Source of the DNA: an uncultured archaeon
GTDB lineage: Archaea; Aenigmatarchaeota; Aenigmatarchaeia; PWEA01; JAGHBM01
Direction of reading: 5' to 3'
Length of the DNA: 64,000 nucleotides
Assembly (NCBI GenBank): GCA_964584335.1
Contig: CAZOZN010000003.1
Span: 137,688-201,687 of the forward strand
Of the stretch, positions 9,697 through 20,132 are shown piece after piece (within the stretch, counting starts at the first letter, position 1; each line of letters begins with the position of its first letter). The notes under the pieces are model-generated. The model did not search any database and had not been told where the DNA came from. It was given only the letters and a program-made list of their open reading frames with translations. A program made the translations under genes and the position numbers.

Positions 9697-9810
9697 TGGT
9701 AGCGGGGGGTGGATTTGAACCACCGACCTCAGGGTTATGAGCCCTGCGAGCATTCTGTTTACACCCAGGTTTTATGAACCAAGGAAGTCTCCAGGCTGCT
9801 CCACCCCGCT
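9697..9810 (-). tRNA. initiator tRNA-Met(CAU) with 36-nt D-loop intron (9753-9788)
   Basis: A1-U72 acceptor stem AGCGGGG/CCCCGCT, anticodon arm CAGGG-CTCATAA-CCCTG with three G-C pairs, GGTGG-TTCAAAT-CCACC T arm, encoded ACCA; removing 36 nt restores D arm GAGC-AGCCTGGAGT-GCTC. Confidence 0.93.
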
Positions 9811-9866
9811 ATTTAGATATACTGGGTACCCAATTAGAATATATAACATATGAGCTTATTTATATC

Positions 9867-10400
9867 TTAATTAATCTCTTTAAGAATATATTTTTCTATG
9901 AATGTCTTGTTGGAAGGAGTCAATTTGTAAGGATTTTTTAGTAAAGTTTCTACCTCTTCAAGGTCAAAATACTTTATTTTTTCTATCTCTCCTTTGTCTA
10001 TATTGAATTTTTCGATTGGCACGTCTTTCCTCAAAATGAAAATTTTGCTGAACTTGTAGTTTTTTATATTATCTTCTAAATCAACTTTTAGTTTTTCATA
10101 ACCAACTTCTTGGAATTCGTTTTTTTCTACTTTTAATCCTAATTCTTCTTCTGTTTCCCTTTTTATCGCTTCTTTGTAATTCTGATTCTTTGGAAAGTGT
10201 CCTGCTGCTGATGAGTCCCAAATATGCCTGTCGGATCTTTTTTGTAGAAGCACTTCTTTTGATGAATTTATCAAGTAAACACAAGCTTCCCTATGAAGAA
10301 GGCCTTTCTTGTGGACTTCTTTTCTTGTTGCTCCTTTAACTATGTTATCTTTTTCATCGACGACTGCAATGATTTCTGATGGGTCATGAGGTATCTTCAT
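9867..10400 (-). CDS. NUDIX hydrolase (type-1 IPP isomerase-like subfamily)
   Basis: VVDEKD..H..GLLHR, LLQKRS, AAGH..EAIKRETEEELGL Nudix box. Confidence 0.8.
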   Translation of the reverse strand: MKIPHDPSEIIAVVDEKDNIVKGATRKEVHKKGLLHREACVYLINSSKEVLLQKRSDRHIWDSSAAGHFPKNQNYKEAIKRETEEELGLKVEKNEFQEVGYEKLKVDLEDNIKNYKFSKIFILRKDVPIEKFNIDKGEIEKIKYFDLEEVETLLKNPYKLTPSNKTFIEKYILKEIN

Positions 10401-10451
10401 GTTATTAATTAAAAATAAATAATATTTAAGCTCTAAATTAAATGTGTTTAA

Positions 10452-11051
10452 ATGAGAGTTCTTATTTTTTGTGGCAGTCCCAGAAAAGGCAATTCAGAAT
10501 CTCTGTCTAAAAATATGAAAGACCTTCTTGATGAAAAAGGAGTCAAGACTGAGGTTATCATTCTCAGGAAAAAAGATATAAGAAGATGTAATGGTTGTGT
10601 AGAGTATTGCAATAAAAATCTTAAATGCTGTCAAGATGATGATATGGGTCAAATAATGGAAATGATGAAGAAATCAGACGGCTATGTTTTTGTAGTACCG
10701 ACTTATTTTTCAATGCCCCCTGGAATTTTCAAGGATTTTATAGACAAGTGCAGCATATTATTCACATCCGGCTACGATTTATCATCAAAGAAATCTGTAA
10801 TAGTTTCTGTTGGTACTGAAATTAATAATGTAGACGAGAATATAAGAAATATTTCTGAAAATTTCTGCAAAGCTCTTGGAATAAATGTCATAGCCAAAAA
10901 AGGATTCATTTCTAAAAGTGAATTGAATGATAATTATGATGATATTTTTGAAAACGGAATAAATCCGGGAATAGAAGATGAGCTAGAGAAGTTATCTTCT
11001 AAAATATACAGAAGCCTAAAATATGAAAGCGGTGAACTTATAACATGTTAG
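10452..11051 (+). CDS. iron-sulfur flavoprotein / multimeric flavodoxin (NADPH-dependent FMN reductase family)
   Basis: GSPRKGNS, CNGC..C.....C, PTYF..K.FIDK. Confidence 0.85.
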   Translation: MRVLIFCGSPRKGNSESLSKNMKDLLDEKGVKTEVIILRKKDIRRCNGCVEYCNKNLKCCQDDDMGQIMEMMKKSDGYVFVVPTYFSMPPGIFKDFIDKCSILFTSGYDLSSKKSVIVSVGTEINNVDENIRNISENFCKALGINVIAKKGFISKSELNDNYDDIFENGINPGIEDELEKLSSKIYRSLKYESGELITC

Positions 11052-11449
11052 ACAAGGGAATGATATTTTACATTGGATGTGCGCTGATACCTACACCGCC
11101 CTCCCCCTGTTATGATTTTGGATTACAGTTTGTCTTTGTTATAGTAGTTGCATTAATATCTCCGAAGTTTGTTATAAAACCAATAAACATATTTTTGGTT
11201 TACCTTGGCAGGTTATGTAAAAAGATATTCGGCAGGATACCTGTAATAAAGATAGTAGTGGAAAAAACAGAACAGGGTATAAGGCTCTGGGAAAGATTGA
11301 TGAAAAAGGGCACAAAACCCAAAAACAAACACCTGAGAAAATTGTTTAATCTAATAATTAAAAAGGATTTTATACAAAGACTTATAGCGGGTTATTTCAT
11401 AACCATAGGTTTGGGAATACTTTTGATGTCTATAAGTTTTATTATGTGA
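11045..11449 (+). CDS. hypothetical membrane protein
   Basis: Two TM segments; overlaps upstream gene. Confidence 0.5.
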   Translation: MLDKGMIFYIGCALIPTPPSPCYDFGLQFVFVIVVALISPKFVIKPINIFLVYLGRLCKKIFGRIPVIKIVVEKTEQGIRLWERLMKKGTKPKNKHLRKLFNLIIKKDFIQRLIAGYFITIGLGILLMSISFIM

Positions 11450-11453
11450 TTTT

Positions 11454-12023
11454 ATGATAGAAAAAGAGCATGGAAATTTTCTGCTTGAATTTGCAAGAGA
11501 TACAATTGAAAATTTTGTAAAAGGAAACGAAACCATATTGCCCGATAAATACCCAAAAGAGTTAGACCAGCTTAGGGGTGTTTTTGTTACTCTTGAAAAG
11601 TACCCATCAGGAGAGCTTCGGGGTTGTATAGGAATACCATATCCAGAAAAACCATTAATAGATGCAGTGAGAGACGCTGCTTGTTCTGCTGCGAAGGACC
11701 CAAGATTCTCTCCTTTAAAAAAAGAAGAACTAGACAAGATTACCATAGAAGTTTCTATTCTTACTGAGCCAGAAAAAATTGATTTTTCTTCTCCGAGAGA
11801 TTTGTTAGAGAAAATAAAACCCAATGTAGACGGAATGATAATAGAAAAAGGATGGAACAGCGGGCTTTTTCTTCCACAAGTTTGGGAAAAAATACCTGAT
11901 AAGAAACAGTTTATGGAAAATTTAAGTTACAAGGCATATTTACCTCCTGATGCCTGGAAAGATTCCAGTATTTACAGATTTAGGGTGAAATCTTTCAAGG
12001 AAAAAGAACCAGGTAAAAATTAA
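11454..12023 (+). CDS. AMMECR1-domain protein
   Basis: GVFVTL..LRGCIG, DPRF, EVSILT, GLFLPQV. Confidence 0.92.
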   Translation: MIEKEHGNFLLEFARDTIENFVKGNETILPDKYPKELDQLRGVFVTLEKYPSGELRGCIGIPYPEKPLIDAVRDAACSAAKDPRFSPLKKEELDKITIEVSILTEPEKIDFSSPRDLLEKIKPNVDGMIIEKGWNSGLFLPQVWEKIPDKKQFMENLSYKAYLPPDAWKDSSIYRFRVKSFKEKEPGKN

Positions 12024-12046
12024 TATAGACATATAGAAAAAATATT

Positions 12047-14548
12047 ATGGACCAAGGTATAACAAAAAAAGAGGCAAGTGAAAGACTTTCAAAGTACGGA
12101 AAAAATGAAATAAGAAGAAAAAAGAAGATAAGCCCTCTAAAAATGTTGGTTGCTCAGTTTTCATCACCTTTAATTTTGATTCTTATTGCTGCTGTATTTA
12201 TTTCTTTTGGGATGGGGTTTCTTCCTGGTGCAGAATCAAATTCAATTGATGCTTTTTTGATATTAATAATTGTATTTTTTTCAGCTTTTTCCGGTTTCTT
12301 TCAGGAGTATAAAGCGGAGAAGACTATAGAAGCACTTCAAAAAATGTCTACCCCAAAAGCAAAGGTTTTGCGGGATGGCAGAGAGGAGATTATACCTGCA
12401 AATGAAATTGTACCGGGTGACTTGGTCCTTTTGGAGGCCGGTGATGTTGTGCCTGCGGATGCTGAGTTACTTGTTTCCAACAACCTAAAGACAGACGAGT
12501 CAATAATAACGGGAGAATCTGTGGATGTAGTCAAGGAAGTTTCAGATAAAATATTTATGAATACTTTTGTGACTACTGGAAACGGAAGTGCGAGAGTTAT
12601 CGATACTGGAATGGAAACCAGGATAGGTAAAATAGCAGATAAGCTACAAGGCATGGAAGAGAAAAAGACTTCTTTTCAAAAGGAGCTTTCTGTGCTAAGC
12701 AAGAAGATATTTTGGATGGTTATAGCGCTTATAGTTGTTATAGCATCCTTAAGCTTTTTCAAGTACGGGGCTTACCTCGCTATGCTGACTTCGATTTCTT
12801 TGGCAGTTGCTGCAATACCCGAAGGTCTTCCTGCTGTTGTAACTCTTTCTCTTGCTTTGGGAGCAAAAAATATGAGCAAAAAGAATGCTCTACTTAGAAA
12901 ACTTTCTACTGTGGAGTCGGCAGGGGCTGTAAATATAATATGCACTGACAAGACAGGCACGCTTACCATGGATGATATGAAAGTGAGGAAGCTTTTCTTT
13001 AATGGTAAAGTATTTGACCAAAAAGAAGCAAATAAAGCCGAGTTGCTTTTGAAGTGCGGCATATTTTGTAATAATTCCAAGATAGCATACGATGAAGATG
13101 GTGAAAGGAAGTACGTGGGCGACCAGACTGAAATAGCTTTAAGAAAAATAGCAGAGGATAACGGAATTTCAATCAATAATGTCGAAATGGAGGAGGAGAG
13201 GACCGAGGAGATTCCATTTACCTCTGAAAGAAAAATGATGACTGTAAAGATGAAGGACGGTTTAATATTTTCTAAGGGGGCTCCTGAGGTTGTTGTCAAA
13301 AAATGCAATAGAATTTATGTTGAAGGGGAAGAAAAAAAGATTGATGATGAATATATTAGAAAAATAAACGAACAGAATGAAGAGTTTGCTTCAAATGGTC
13401 TCAGGGTATTGGGTTTTGCATACAAGAAAAATGAAGGAAAGGGTTTGGAGGAAGAATTGATTTGGCTTGGGCTTCAGGCTATGAGCGATCCTCCAAGACC
13501 GGAAGTCAAGGATGCTATAAAAGACTGCAATAGTGCTGGTATAAGAGTTATAATGATAACCGGAGACAATTCTTTGACTGCAAAATCTGTTGCTGACGAA
13601 ATAGGACTCAAAAGCACTGGATGTCTCGAGGGAAATGAGCTGGATGAGCTGGATAATGATGAAATAAAGACCAGACTTGATGAGGGGCTCAACATATTTG
13701 CAAGAACTTCACCAGAGCATAAACTAAGAATAATGGAGATACTTGAAGAAGATAATGAAATAGCAATGACTGGTGACGGGGTAAATGATTCTCTTGCTTT
13801 GAAGAAGGCAGGTGTCGGAATATCCATGGGCATAAAGGGGACAGAAGTAGCAAAGGAGGCAAGTGATATAATACTTCTTGATGATAATTTTGCTACTATA
13901 AGAAATGCAGTGAAGGAGGGAAGGAGGATTTTCTTGAATATAAGAAAGTTTGTTAACTACCTCTTTACCTGTAACATAGCAGAGGTTCTTGTAATTTTCA
14001 TTGCGACCCTTTTCTTGTCTTTTGAGGAGCCGATACTTCTTCCTGTTCAGATATTATGGATAAATCTTCTTACAGACGGAATGCCCGCCCTTGCTCTTGG
14101 TGTTGATCCTCCAGTTCCGGGAATAATGGAAAAGAAGCCGAGGGGTAAAGAAGAGCCAATAATAGATAAAAAATTAATGTTAATAATACTTTCAATGGGT
14201 ATACAGATAACCTTAATGTTGTTTGCGGTTTTCTTTTTTACTCTTAATCGGGGAGTTGAAGTTGCGAGAACTGTATTATTTACCGGATTTATAATATATG
14301 AGTTTGTAAGAGTGGTTGTGATAAGGTATCAGGAGAAGCTGAGTTTGTTTTCAAACAAGTGGTTATTATTGGCTCTTGCCATTTCTTTAGCTATGCATAT
14401 TTCAATAATATATTCTCCGCTAAATAGCGTTTTTGGTATAGTACCTATTGGATTATTTTCATGGGGTGTACTTATGGGTGTTGCCTTTTTCGGTGCAATT
14501 TTTGGAATATTGAGCACTAAAATGATAATGAAGTTTTTTGATAATTAG
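12047..14548 (+). CDS. cation-transporting P-type ATPase (type IIA, Ca2+-like)
   Basis: TGES, PEGLP, DKTGT, KGAPE, TGDN, GDGVND motifs. Confidence 0.93.
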   Translation: MDQGITKKEASERLSKYGKNEIRRKKKISPLKMLVAQFSSPLILILIAAVFISFGMGFLPGAESNSIDAFLILIIVFFSAFSGFFQEYKAEKTIEALQKMSTPKAKVLRDGREEIIPANEIVPGDLVLLEAGDVVPADAELLVSNNLKTDESIITGESVDVVKEVSDKIFMNTFVTTGNGSARVIDTGMETRIGKIADKLQGMEEKKTSFQKELSVLSKKIFWMVIALIVVIASLSFFKYGAYLAMLTSISLAVAAIPEGLPAVVTLSLALGAKNMSKKNALLRKLSTVESAGAVNIICTDKTGTLTMDDMKVRKLFFNGKVFDQKEANKAELLLKCGIFCNNSKIAYDEDGERKYVGDQTEIALRKIAEDNGISINNVEMEEERTEEIPFTSERKMMTVKMKDGLIFSKGAPEVVVKKCNRIYVEGEEKKIDDEYIRKINEQNEEFASNGLRVLGFAYKKNEGKGLEEELIWLGLQAMSDPPRPEVKDAIKDCNSAGIRVIMITGDNSLTAKSVADEIGLKSTGCLEGNELDELDNDEIKTRLDEGLNIFARTSPEHKLRIMEILEEDNEIAMTGDGVNDSLALKKAGVGISMGIKGTEVAKEASDIILLDDNFATIRNAVKEGRRIFLNIRKFVNYLFTCNIAEVLVIFIATLFLSFEEPILLPVQILWINLLTDGMPALALGVDPPVPGIMEKKPRGKEEPIIDKKLMLIILSMGIQITLMLFAVFFFTLNRGVEVARTVLFTGFIIYEFVRVVVIRYQEKLSLFSNKWLLLALAISLAMHISIIYSPLNSVFGIVPIGLFSWGVLMGVAFFGAIFGILSTKMIMKFFDN

Positions 14549-14549
14549 C

Positions 14550-16151
14550 TTATTTTTTAAGGCATGACTTTACAAAACCAAGGAACATCGGATTTGGATT
14601 TAAAAGACTTGTTGTAAATTCAGGGTGTGCCTGTGTTGCTGCAAAAAACTTATGATTTGGAAGCTCGAGGAATTCCATGAGTCTCCTATCAGGGGAAACT
14701 CCCGAGAAAATGAGACCTTTTTTTTCTAAAGTTTCAATATAATTTGGATTTACTTCGTATCTATGCCTGTGTCTTTCGCTTATCCTTTCTTTTCCATACA
14801 ATTTTCTTATCATACTACCTTCTTTTAATACCGCAGGATATGCACCAAGCCTCATTGTTGCTCCTTTGTTGTTTATTTCTTTCTGTTCAGGCATTATGTC
14901 TATTACTGGATGGGGTGTTTTTTCGTCTGCTTCCACACTGTTGGCTTCTTTAAGACCGCAAACGTTCCTTGCGTATTCTATTACTGCCATTTGAAGACCA
15001 AGACAAAGCCCCAGGAAAGGTATGTTATTTTCTCTGGCGTATTTTATGCATTCTATCTTACCTTCAGTTCCCCTGCTACCAAAACCACCTGGCACTATTA
15101 TGCCGTCTGCACCGTCCAAAGCATCCTCTACTTTTAGCTTCCCTTCTTCTATTTCTGTTGTTTCAATCCACTTTATTTCAGTTTCATATCCAATATTTCC
15201 TGCAGCGTGTTTTAGAGCTTCCCTTATAGATACATAAGAATCATGAAGATACATGTACTTTCCGGTCATTGCTATTTTTATTTTTCCTTTCGGATTGTTC
15301 ATCTTCATTATAATTTCTTTCCATTTTTTCATGTCTTTTGCTCTTTCTTTAAGACCCAATTCTCTAAGTACTTTCTTCTGTACTTCCTGTTTTTCTAAAA
15401 CCAAAGGTATTTCATATATATTTTTTAAGTCAGGTCCTGATATTATCCTGTCTTTTTCTACGCCGCAGAATTTTGAAAGTTTGTCTTTTATGTTTTTAAG
15501 CAGCGGTTTTTCAGACCTACAATAAATAAAATCCGGAACTATTCCGGTTTCTCTCAACATCCTTACAGACTGCTGGGTTGGTTTTGTCTTCTGCTCACCG
15601 ACCACGTTAAGCACGGGAACTAGAGTGCAGTGTATGAATAATACGTCTTCTTCAAGTGAAAGTTCTCTTACTGATTCAAGGAATATTTGATTTTCTATAT
15701 CACCTACAGTACCACCTATCTCTATTAATTCTATATCTGCACCTGAATCTTTTGCGACTTTTTTGTACCAACTTTTTAGCTCCGAAGTTACATGGGGTAC
15801 TAATTGCACAGTTTTACCCAGAAAATCTCCTCTCCTCTCTTTGTCTATAACTTCCTTGAAAATTTTGCCTGTTGTTATGTTAAAATTTTTGTTCATCTTC
15901 AGATCCAAGAAACGCTCATAGTTACCCAAGTCCATATCCACTTCCGAGCCGTCGTCCATAACAAAGACTTCACCATGTTCAATTGGGTTCATTGTACCGG
16001 CATCTATATTTACGTAGGGGTCTACTTTTATCGGAGCGACTTTGTAGCCCTTGGACTGCAAAAGCTTACCTAGAGAAGACATGAAAAGCCCTTTACCTAG
16101 ACCGGATAGAACACCCCCGGTTACTACAATGAACTTTACCCCACACGTCAT
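14550..16151 (-). CDS. pyrG: CTP synthase
   Basis: [33 protein letters not shown]. Confidence 0.96.
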   Translation of the reverse strand: MTCGVKFIVVTGGVLSGLGKGLFMSSLGKLLQSKGYKVAPIKVDPYVNIDAGTMNPIEHGEVFVMDDGSEVDMDLGNYERFLDLKMNKNFNITTGKIFKEVIDKERRGDFLGKTVQLVPHVTSELKSWYKKVAKDSGADIELIEIGGTVGDIENQIFLESVRELSLEEDVLFIHCTLVPVLNVVGEQKTKPTQQSVRMLRETGIVPDFIYCRSEKPLLKNIKDKLSKFCGVEKDRIISGPDLKNIYEIPLVLEKQEVQKKVLRELGLKERAKDMKKWKEIIMKMNNPKGKIKIAMTGKYMYLHDSYVSIREALKHAAGNIGYETEIKWIETTEIEEGKLKVEDALDGADGIIVPGGFGSRGTEGKIECIKYARENNIPFLGLCLGLQMAVIEYARNVCGLKEANSVEADEKTPHPVIDIMPEQKEINNKGATMRLGAYPAVLKEGSMIRKLYGKERISERHRHRYEVNPNYIETLEKKGLIFSGVSPDRRLMEFLELPNHKFFAATQAHPEFTTSLLNPNPMFLGFVKSCLKK

Positions 16152-16218
16152 AATAATTCATGATAGTATACATATAAAAAATTTATTATATTACAGAGAA
16201 TATTTTAATATAATTTTA

Positions 16219-16923
16219 TTATTTTTTAGCGTATATCTGAATAGGTCTTTTATATTTTGCTGTTTTATGTTTTTCAAAACCAAGTCTTTCTATATCTTTC
16301 ATCCATTCTGAATATTCTGCAAATTCATGATCTTTCCCCCAGAAAACACTTTCACATATCAAGAAGCTTTTTTCTTTCATGCTCTCGTTTATATTTGAAA
16401 GTATTTTTTCTCTATCATTTTCCGAGTAATCCATTAAGACATATTGAAGAAAAATTGCATCGTATTTTTCAGGCAGAGGCGAATAAAGAATATCATGAAC
16501 TTTGAAGTTTATTTTCTCTTTAACTTCTTTTGATAGTTTTATGTTTTTATAAGATTCGTGTCTGCCATCACTTACTTCATAAAGGTGTGATGGTATGTTT
16601 TTAAAATTACCAAACTCGTTATATCTTTCAATTAAATTAAGGTTAAATATTTCATATTCGCCTGAAATACCTTGTTTTATTTTATTTTCATTTATATCAT
16701 AGGCATCTATTTCCAGCGAATTTCTATTTTCCCAGTTTGATAGTATTATTGTGTAAGGTTCTTTTCCGGATGAACATCCCGCTGAAGCTACTTTTGTTTT
16801 TTGATTTCTTTTTTTAACTATATTTTCTCTGAAGAAGTCAAGTGATTCGGGTTCTCTGAAAAAAAAAGTCAAACTGTTATTTTTATTTCTTTTAAAAAAT
16901 TCTTTTACTTCTTTATTTCTCAT
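16219..16923 (-). CDS. stand-alone CheR-type SAM methyltransferase domain
   Basis: TFFFRE, SAGCSSGKEPYTI, DIN, F.VHDIL, YDAIFLQYVLMDY. Confidence 0.75.
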   Translation of the reverse strand: MRNKEVKEFFKRNKNNSLTFFFREPESLDFFRENIVKKRNQKTKVASAGCSSGKEPYTIILSNWENRNSLEIDAYDINENKIKQGISGEYEIFNLNLIERYNEFGNFKNIPSHLYEVSDGRHESYKNIKLSKEVKEKINFKVHDILYSPLPEKYDAIFLQYVLMDYSENDREKILSNINESMKEKSFLICESVFWGKDHEFAEYSEWMKDIERLGFEKHKTAKYKRPIQIYAKK

Positions 16924-16975
16924 AAGAACACTTCCTTTAGTAAGAATAGAAAATTTAAAAGAATTTAAATGGTAG

Positions 16976-17018
16976 TGTCCCTCAGCTCACCTCCTAACAA
17001 GGAACATTCATCGGGACA
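16976..17018 (-). ncRNA. candidate small C/D-box-like RNA containing AGGAGGUGA
   Basis: 6-bp terminal stem TGTCCC/GGGACA enclosing GATGA...CTGA; TTTATA box ~24 nt upstream. Confidence 0.35.
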
Positions 17019-17049
17019 AATATTTATGGTATAAAAATAAATATAAATC

Positions 17050-17511
17050 ATGGACATTACTGGCTTTATAACTGGTTTTGCTACCAAAGTTTTTGGTGAA
17101 ATAAATCTACCGTCTGTATTGGATAGGGTAGTTGAATTTTTTGAGACGAACAGTATAATAACCTTTGTAATTTTTGCAGTTTCAATTTTCATTCTATACA
17201 AACTGGTGAGGATGGCTTTTACCATATTCCTTGTTGTTATAGCCGGTCTTATATTTCCTTTTGCAATGAATCTTGTGCTTGGATGGACCATACCGATTAC
17301 TGTCAGTACTCTTATATTTTATGCAACACTTGCTGCAGTTTTTTATTTGGCCGCAGTTTTCATTAAAGGACTATTGAAGTTCTTGTATGTTGTTACCGGT
17401 CCATTGAGAAAATCCGCAGAGAGAAAAGAGCTAGAAGAAGATATAAAAGAGGACTTGGAAGAGGAAAGAAGGAAGAGAATGAAAAAATACATGAAACGCA
17501 AAAAGAAGTAG
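17050..17511 (+). CDS. hypothetical membrane protein with charged C-terminal tail
   Basis: Three TM segments followed by a Glu/Lys-rich helix. Confidence 0.7.
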   Translation: MDITGFITGFATKVFGEINLPSVLDRVVEFFETNSIITFVIFAVSIFILYKLVRMAFTIFLVVIAGLIFPFAMNLVLGWTIPITVSTLIFYATLAAVFYLAAVFIKGLLKFLYVVTGPLRKSAERKELEEDIKEDLEEERRKRMKKYMKRKKK

Positions 17512-18201
17512 TTAGCTTATTGTTGCAGTGTAGTCGTTTCCTGAAACAGAAACTTTTCTTACCATACCATTTATTTTAAATATATTTTCTGTAATATTTA
17601 GGCCCCCCGAAAAACCTTCAATTATTAAAGGCTCGTTAGCCAGTCTGATTTTTAATTTGTTTTGTAATTCAATATTACCTAATGCATTATTCAATTCTAT
17701 TTTATTCATATCCAATTTGTTGATGTAAATATTTTGAAAGTTAATAGACTCAAAATTAACCGGTATTAACCTTTTTATAGTCTCAAACTTTACTCCGTTT
17801 ACTGTGGTTTCTTCCGCATCACCTATTATTTTTGCCATACTGTTGTTTATTTTAAAGAGACCGTTGTATCCCTTTATCAATATTTCGGTTTTTTCTTCAG
17901 TACTTAGCTTTGTATCTGAAAGCATTATATCGTTGTATTGTTTATTGGGCTCGTAAGTTATTTTTATTTCTTCTAGAGGCAGTGATTTCAAATCAAGTTC
18001 TTTAACTTCAAATTCACCGTTTATTTTTATATTTTTTTCTTCGGGCACGTTCATCATTTTAAAAGGAAAAGACTTTCCGATATTTTCAATAATATCTTCT
18101 CCAAAGTTGCCCAAACTGAATCCCATCTCTGTGAAGAGACCCAAACTTATAAGAAAAAGACCCAATAGTACAACTAATATTATTTTCCAGTCGGCTGCCA
18201 T
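17512..18201 (-). CDS. hypothetical membrane-anchored protein
   Basis: N-terminal TM helix, beta-rich remainder. Confidence 0.7.
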   Translation of the reverse strand: MAADWKIILVVLLGLFLISLGLFTEMGFSLGNFGEDIIENIGKSFPFKMMNVPEEKNIKINGEFEVKELDLKSLPLEEIKITYEPNKQYNDIMLSDTKLSTEEKTEILIKGYNGLFKINNSMAKIIGDAEETTVNGVKFETIKRLIPVNFESINFQNIYINKLDMNKIELNNALGNIELQNKLKIRLANEPLIIEGFSGGLNITENIFKINGMVRKVSVSGNDYTATIS

Positions 18202-18234
18202 ATTTTAATTATATATTTGTTTTATATAAATTAT

Positions 18235-18906
18235 ATGCCAGTTGATTTAGTCCTTCTTCAACCGGAGTCACCGGGCAATGTAGGTTCTGTAGCCAGAGTT
18301 ATGAAAAATTTTTCATTTGAAAATCTTGTTTTGGTAAATCCCTGTGAAATAAACGAAGAGACAAAAGGTTTTGCCATGCATGCCTGGGATATAGTTAAAA
18401 ACGCCAAGATATTGAAAGAAATGGATTGGGATTCCTATGACTTTATAGCAGGCACTACAGGAATAGATACGAAGAAAAATATTATAAAGAGCTACGTTTC
18501 TCCCAGGGAGCTTTCCGATAAGATGGGTAATGGAAGGAATGCAGTAATTTTTGGTAGAGAGGGCACGGGACTTAGTAACGAGGAACTTGAAAGGTGCGAT
18601 TGTATTTGCAGAATACCAACTTCTGATAAATACCCAATAATGAATATTTCACATTCAGTCTCTGTAATTTTATACGAGTTGAGTATTTTTTCGACAGAAT
18701 ACAAAAAAGATAGTGCTGTTAGGGGACAGATTGATGTTTTACAAAATCTATTTAAATCAGTAATAAAAAACTTAAACTACTCTCAACAAAAAGAAAAAAT
18801 TACTTATGTTTGTATGAAGAATGCAATTGGAAGGAGTATTTTATCAAAAAAAGAGGCAAGTATTTTAATTGGAATGTTTAAAAAGATAAAGGAGTGTATA
18901 AAATGA
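18235..18906 (+). CDS. trmJ: tRNA (C32/U32 2'-O) methyltransferase, TrmJ family (SPOUT)
   Basis: PESPGNVGSVARVMKNF, FGREGTGLSNEEL, IPT..YP.MNISHSV. Confidence 0.88.
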   Translation: MPVDLVLLQPESPGNVGSVARVMKNFSFENLVLVNPCEINEETKGFAMHAWDIVKNAKILKEMDWDSYDFIAGTTGIDTKKNIIKSYVSPRELSDKMGNGRNAVIFGREGTGLSNEELERCDCICRIPTSDKYPIMNISHSVSVILYELSIFSTEYKKDSAVRGQIDVLQNLFKSVIKNLNYSQQKEKITYVCMKNAIGRSILSKKEASILIGMFKKIKECIK

Positions 18907-20129
18907 TTTTACAATTTTTTGGTGGTGGAGGAGACTGGCTGAGTCAGATTTTATGGTTTTTTATGTTTTTTATTTTCATTCTCATTTATCCGAGGATGAT
19001 GATATATCAGGTAGTCACTAAGATAGAGAAGAACTTGAACGAACTTGAAAAGGTGGCTGACAAGGGAAAAAACAAAATACTGAAAAAAATATCTAAGAGA
19101 CCGAACAAAGAACTAAAGGATAAATTAACTAATTTTATGGAGTTCTTTGTTGCTGTACCTGTATCAATGGACCCTTATGGTATAGTAAACAAGGTCCATA
19201 AGGTAATAAAACATGCCGAGGAGAGAGAGCTTGGTTTTGTAAAGGAAATAGCTCCTAATCTTTCTAAAGAAGAAAGAAAAGACATATCTGCAGCAATACA
19301 ACACAATGCAGGTCTTTATCAGATAGTAAAGATAATAAGGCATTACTTGGAGATTATAAAGAAATATAAGATACTCCAGATAGCTATGATAATACAGATG
19401 CAGCTGCCTCTTATTAAAAAGATAGCAGATGCACTTAAGAAATCTGTGGATGCTTTTGTTGAAAATGCACCTATAGGCGACGGGATAGGGCCGATGGTAA
19501 TAGCTTCAATGATTCCAGGTAACAAAAAGGTGACCGAGATGGAAGAAGAACAGTTTGCATACGCAAAATTGAAGGTAGAGGGTAAGACGGTCATCCTTTC
19601 TAAAGCACTTGGTCCTGGAACTACTATAGGATATCCTGGAAAGTTTGTTGAAAAAATATGCAGGAAGCAAAAGATAGACAGGATAATAACTGTTGATGCC
19701 GCCGGGGCACTTGAAGGTGAGAAAGACGGGCTTGTAATGGAAGGTGTTGGAGTAGGTAAGAGAGGCAATGAAGTAATAGCTTATCATGGCTTCCAGATTG
19801 AAGAAGTCGCATTAAAGAAAAACATAACTCTTGATTCTATAGGAATAAAAGAGGTAGGTGAAAATGCTATTTATCCCATGAAAGAGGATATCTACAAATC
19901 TTTGCCTAGTGTTGTTGAAAAATTAAAGGAATTAATAAAAAGAGGGCCAAAGAAAGAAAAGATTCTTGTAGTAGGATTTGGAAACACTTCAGGCATAGGC
20001 AACAATAATAAGAATTTAAAAGAAACAGAGAAAAAAGTAAAAAGCAATATAAAAAAGATGAAGAAAGAAGAGGAAGAAAGAAAGAAAAAGGAAAACACTT
20101 TCTGGAACCGCTTCTTGAACCCTTTCTAA
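18903..20129 (+). CDS. DUF1512-family archaeal protein
   Basis: PVSMDPYGIV, PIGDGIGP, ITVDAA..LEGE, GFGNTSGIG. Confidence 0.8.
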   Translation: MILQFFGGGGDWLSQILWFFMFFIFILIYPRMMIYQVVTKIEKNLNELEKVADKGKNKILKKISKRPNKELKDKLTNFMEFFVAVPVSMDPYGIVNKVHKVIKHAEERELGFVKEIAPNLSKEERKDISAAIQHNAGLYQIVKIIRHYLEIIKKYKILQIAMIIQMQLPLIKKIADALKKSVDAFVENAPIGDGIGPMVIASMIPGNKKVTEMEEEQFAYAKLKVEGKTVILSKALGPGTTIGYPGKFVEKICRKQKIDRIITVDAAGALEGEKDGLVMEGVGVGKRGNEVIAYHGFQIEEVALKKNITLDSIGIKEVGENAIYPMKEDIYKSLPSVVEKLKELIKRGPKKEKILVVGFGNTSGIGNNNKNLKETEKKVKSNIKKMKKEEEERKKKENTFWNRFLNPF

Positions 20130-20132
20130 TTT

